A stretch of DNA of 64,000 bases from Macrostomum hystrix (Eukaryota; Animalia; Platyhelminthes): positions 1,612,001-1,676,000 of the forward strand of contig CATNEN010000025.1 in assembly GCA_950097015.1 (NCBI GenBank), given 5' to 3'. Made by a program: the position numbers and the translations under genes. The notes beneath the pieces were generated by a model, which worked only from the letters and a program-made list of their open reading frames with translations, had not been told where the DNA came from and did no database searches. This document shows positions 60,573-64,000 of this stretch, one piece after another. Numbering within the stretch: position 1 is the first letter of the stretch; every line of letters begins with the position of its first letter.

Positions 60573-60683
60573 GGAGGTTGGCCCGCAAGATCGCAAACTT
60601 GCACGACAAGCCCCCAAGCCTTCTCTCCGCGACTGCGCCCCAAATGAATGTGGCCTCGCCACGGAATCGAGCTCAGGGACCGA
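60573..60683 (-). mobile_element. SINE family 1 fragment
   Basis: Reverse complement matches the B-box-to-GGCCAACCTCC region. Confidence 0.75.
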
Positions 60684-60838
60684 CGAAGAAAACTGACGAA
60701 GAAATTTTTTCAGTACATTTTTATCTTTAATTAGACTCTACACCCGTGAAAATTAAGCAGAGCTATGATAGAAATTCCGGGGAAGTTTTTTGGGACACTC
60801 TTGAAGCAGTGACACTCTTGTCAATCAATGATCTGATG

Positions 60839-61397
60839 CAGGGGTCGGCAACCTCCGGCCCGCGGGCCAGATGCGGCCCTCGAAGCTCCCAAATCCGGCC
60901 CTTTAGCTCCTCCTAACACCTACTCTACAGTACACCCTATCTCATCTCTCCCCTATCTCATCTCTCCCCTGTCTTATCTTTCTCCTGTCTTATCTCTCTC
61001 CTGTCTCATCTCTCCCCTGTCTTATCTCTCCCTGTCTTATCTCTCCCTGTCTTATCTCTCTCCTGTCTTATCTCTATCCTGTCTCATCTCTCTCCTGTCT
61101 CATCTCTCCCATGTCTCACCTCTCCCTGTCTTATCTCTCCCCTGTCTCATCTCTCCCCATTTTCATCTGTCCCCTTTTTCATCTCTCCCCTGTCTCATCT
61201 CTCTTGCGTCTTATCTCCCCCGTCTCATCTCTCACCTGTCTGATCTCTCCTGTGTCTCATCCACAGATACTATAAAAACTATAATAACAGTTATTATAGT
61301 ATCTGTGGTCTCATCTCTCCCCTTTCTTCATGCGGCCCGCCGTCGTCTTTAAGATTCTCTCTTTAGCCCGCGTGGTATATAAGGTTGCCGACCCCTG
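60839..61397. mobile_element. Non-autonomous hAT (Charlie-like) MITE
   Basis: Perfect 16-bp TIRs CAGGGGTCGGCAACCT / AGGTTGCCGACCCCTG; subterminal GCGGCCC motifs; 8-bp flanks ATCTGATG and ATCTATTG (6/8 match, consistent with a decayed target duplication). Confidence 0.85.
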
Positions 61398-61414
61398 ATC
61401 TATTGTGTCCATGG

Positions 61415-61545
61415 AAAGAAGGCTTGGCGGATGTCAGGATGAGAAAGGCAGGGCAGATGTACACACCTGCGTACGGTATCTGTGTGAGTGTGTGCTCAGG
61501 AGTCAGCGGAATGAGAGGAACTGATCATAGATGTGCCAGTGCATG
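61415..61545 (+). mobile_element. SINE family 1, deleted fragment
   Basis: Contains the AGAAGGCTTGG, GGGCAGATGTACACACCTG and GTGTGCTCAGGAGTCAGCG blocks. Confidence 0.65.
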
Positions 61546-61984
61546 TAGCCTCGCCAGAAACGGGCGACAATTTGGAACACGAAAAAGATGTCGTGTCAAT
61601 AAAAATGGCAAAAGTTTGCACAATTCCGCTGCGGTCACGAATGCTTGAGCCGCACCTCAACTAACCATGGTGCTTGAGTTTACCGCGCTGTCAATTTGAA
61701 AGTACTTCAGACCCGATATTGAAATCGCGCTAGACCGCACGTTTGCTAGCGGGACACTGACTAGCCATGCACTGCGGGGGGGCTTGGCTAGCAGACCTCG
61801 TGCCAATTATCACCCGGATGCTGACCTGAGTCAATACGGGCCCACTACACCTGTCTAGTGAGAGGCATTTTTCCCACTTCGTGGTCATATACGGAATTGG
61901 ACTTGATTTAGGCGAGCCAAAGTCAGAACTTATTCATATCCTATACCTTGCATTTCAAGGTACTTGCACTGGGATACTTTTGTG

Positions 61985-62245
61985 TACACCACAGACTCCC
62001 TGAGCACACACAGACCTGTACACCACTGACTCCCTGAGCACACACAGACCTGTACACCGCTGACTCCCTGAGCACACACAGACCTGTACACCACTGACTC
62101 CCTGAACATAAACAGACCTGTACACCACTGACTCCCTGAACATAAACAGACCTGTACACCACTGACTCCCTGAACATAAACAGACCTGTACACCACTGAC
62201 TCCCTGAACATAAACAGACATGTACACCACTGACTTCCTGAGCAG
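61985..62245. repeat. 34-bp minisatellite (ACACCACTGACTCCCTGAACATAAACAGACCTGT)n
   Basis: About 7-8 units. Confidence 0.9.
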
Positions 62246-62679
62246 TTTCGGTCGCAGACAATTTTATAGACCTGGAAAAAAATCTAAGACACCACGGACT
62301 ACCAGCCTAATCTCTTGAGCTCATATGCTAGATTCTACTCATTCTGCGCCTCTTCTCTATCCGCATCGATTTCCCACTTGTTTTGATCCACTGGACTCGA
62401 AAATCTCCCCCCGTGTCGAGTTAAGTCGTCCCAGTGAGCAGTTGAACCATCATGGCAACTGGGGAGAGGGCTCAGTGCCTGACATACGCAAGGCGTGAAG
62501 TGGAGTGTGAGAGATAGGCTTGAGTGCGGATTGCTCAAAATTCCAGTTCACACACGGAGTCATGCTTGGCACACACTCGAAAATCCGCGTATTCGCTGGG
62601 GAATTTACTTTCCAAATCCCTATTATTAGCTTCATCGTTGTCAATCAACCTGACAATTTCTCATGCAGCTCACTCAGTG

Positions 62680-64000
62680 TGAGTGAGTGAGAGAATGTGT
62701 GAGTGAGTGAGAGAATGTGTGAGTGAGTGAGAGAATGTGTGAGTGAGTGAGAGAAAGTGTGAGTGAGTGAGAGAATGTGTGAGTGAGTGAGAGAATGTAT
62801 GAGTGAGTGAGAGAATGTGTGAGTGAGTGAGAGAAAGTGTGAGTGAGTGAGAGAATGTGTGAGTGAGTGAGAGAAAGTGTGAGTGAGTGAGAGAATGTGT
62901 GAGTGAGTGAGAGAAAGTGTGAGTGAGTGAGAGAAAGTGTGAGTGAGTGAGAGAAAGTGTGAGTGAGTGAGAGAATGTGTAAGTGAGTGAGAGAAAGTGT
63001 GAGTGAGTGAGAGAAAGTGTGAGTGAGTGAGAGAATGTGTGAGTGAGTGAGAGAAAGTGTGAGTGAGTGAGAGAATGTGTGAGTGAGTGAGAGAATGGGT
63101 GAGTGAGTGAGAGAATGTGTGAGTGAGTGAGAGAAAGTGTGAGTGAGTGAGAGAATGTGTGAGTGAGTGAGAGAAAGTGTGAGTGAGTGAGAGAATGTGT
63201 GAGTGAGTGAGAGAAAGTGTGAGTGAGTGAGAGAATGTGTGAGTGAGTGAGAGAAAGTGTGAGTGAGTGAGAGAATGTGTGAGTGAGTGAGAGAATGTGT
63301 GAGTGAGTGAGAGAATGTGTGAGTGAGTGAGAGAAAGTGTGAGTGAGTGAGAGAATGTGTGAGTGAGTGAGAGAATGTATGAGTGAGTGAGAGAATGTGT
63401 GAGTGAGTGAGAGAAAGTGTGAGTGAGTGAGAGAATGTGTGAGTGAGTGAGAGAATGGGTGAGTGAGTGAGAGAATGTGTGAGTGAGTGAGAGAAAGTGT
63501 GAGTGAGTGAGAGAATGTGTGAGTGAGTGAGAGAAAGTGTGAGTGAGTGAGAGAATGTGTGAGTGAGTGAGAGAAAGTGTGAGTGAGTGAGAGAATGTGT
63601 AAGTGAGTGAGAGAAAGTGTGAGTGAGTGAGAGAATGTGTGAGTGAGTGAGAGAATGTGTGAGTGAGTGATAGAATGTGTGAGTGAGTGAGAGAATGTGT
63701 GAATGAGTGAGAGAATGTGTGAATGAGTGAGAGAATATGTGAGTGAGTGAGAGAATATGTGAGTGAGTGAGAGAATGTGTGAGTGAGTGAGAGAATATGT
63801 GAGTGAGTGAGAGAATGTGTGAGTGAGTGAGAGAAAGTGTGAGTGAGTGAGAGAATGTGTGAGTGAGTGAGAGAATGTGTGAGTGAGTGATAGAATGTGT
63901 GAGTGAGTGAGAGAATGGGTGAATGAGTGAGAGAATGTGTGAATGAGTGAGAGAATATGTGAGTGAGTGAGAGAATGTGTGAGTGAGTGAGAGAATGTGT
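62680..64000. repeat. 20-bp minisatellite (GAGTGAGTGAGAGAATGTGT)n, runs off the window
   Basis: More than 60 units. Confidence 0.96.

Noticed and set aside
4365-64000. Tandem arrays as possible CRISPR arrays
   Set aside because: Units are contiguous with no unique spacers, there are no cas genes, and the context is a spliced eukaryotic genome.

Overview
Eukaryotic (metazoan) genomic DNA, not prokaryotic. Poly-Gln/poly-Ala-rich exons and introns filled with minisatellites resemble a free-living flatworm such as Macrostomum, but the species is my inference. Four spliced protein genes could be reconstructed by hand with consistent GT-AG intron phases: (1) ZSWIM8/ebax-1/Dora (minus, ATG 12218, 10 exons in the window, continues past base 1); (2) an unrecognised 182-aa secreted protein made of two exon-encoded 6-Cys repeats (plus, 18092-20116); (3) a BMAL1/cycle-type bHLH-PAS factor (minus, 30841-21525); (4) a Cdc25 phosphatase (plus, 57518-59437). 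There is also one tRNA-Cys(GCA) gene. A structurally complete, very young Ty3/gypsy LTR retrotransposon (12518-17120; LTRs look identical, ATCT target duplication, two pol lesions) sits just 5' of the first ZSWIM8 coding exon. Other mobile DNA: about 11 copies or fragments of one tRNA-headed SINE, a second SINE with a CORE-like segment, a hAT-type MITE and a third dispersed repeat. More than 20 unrelated minisatellite arrays generate nearly all of the very long ORFs in the ORF track, and those ORFs are not genes.
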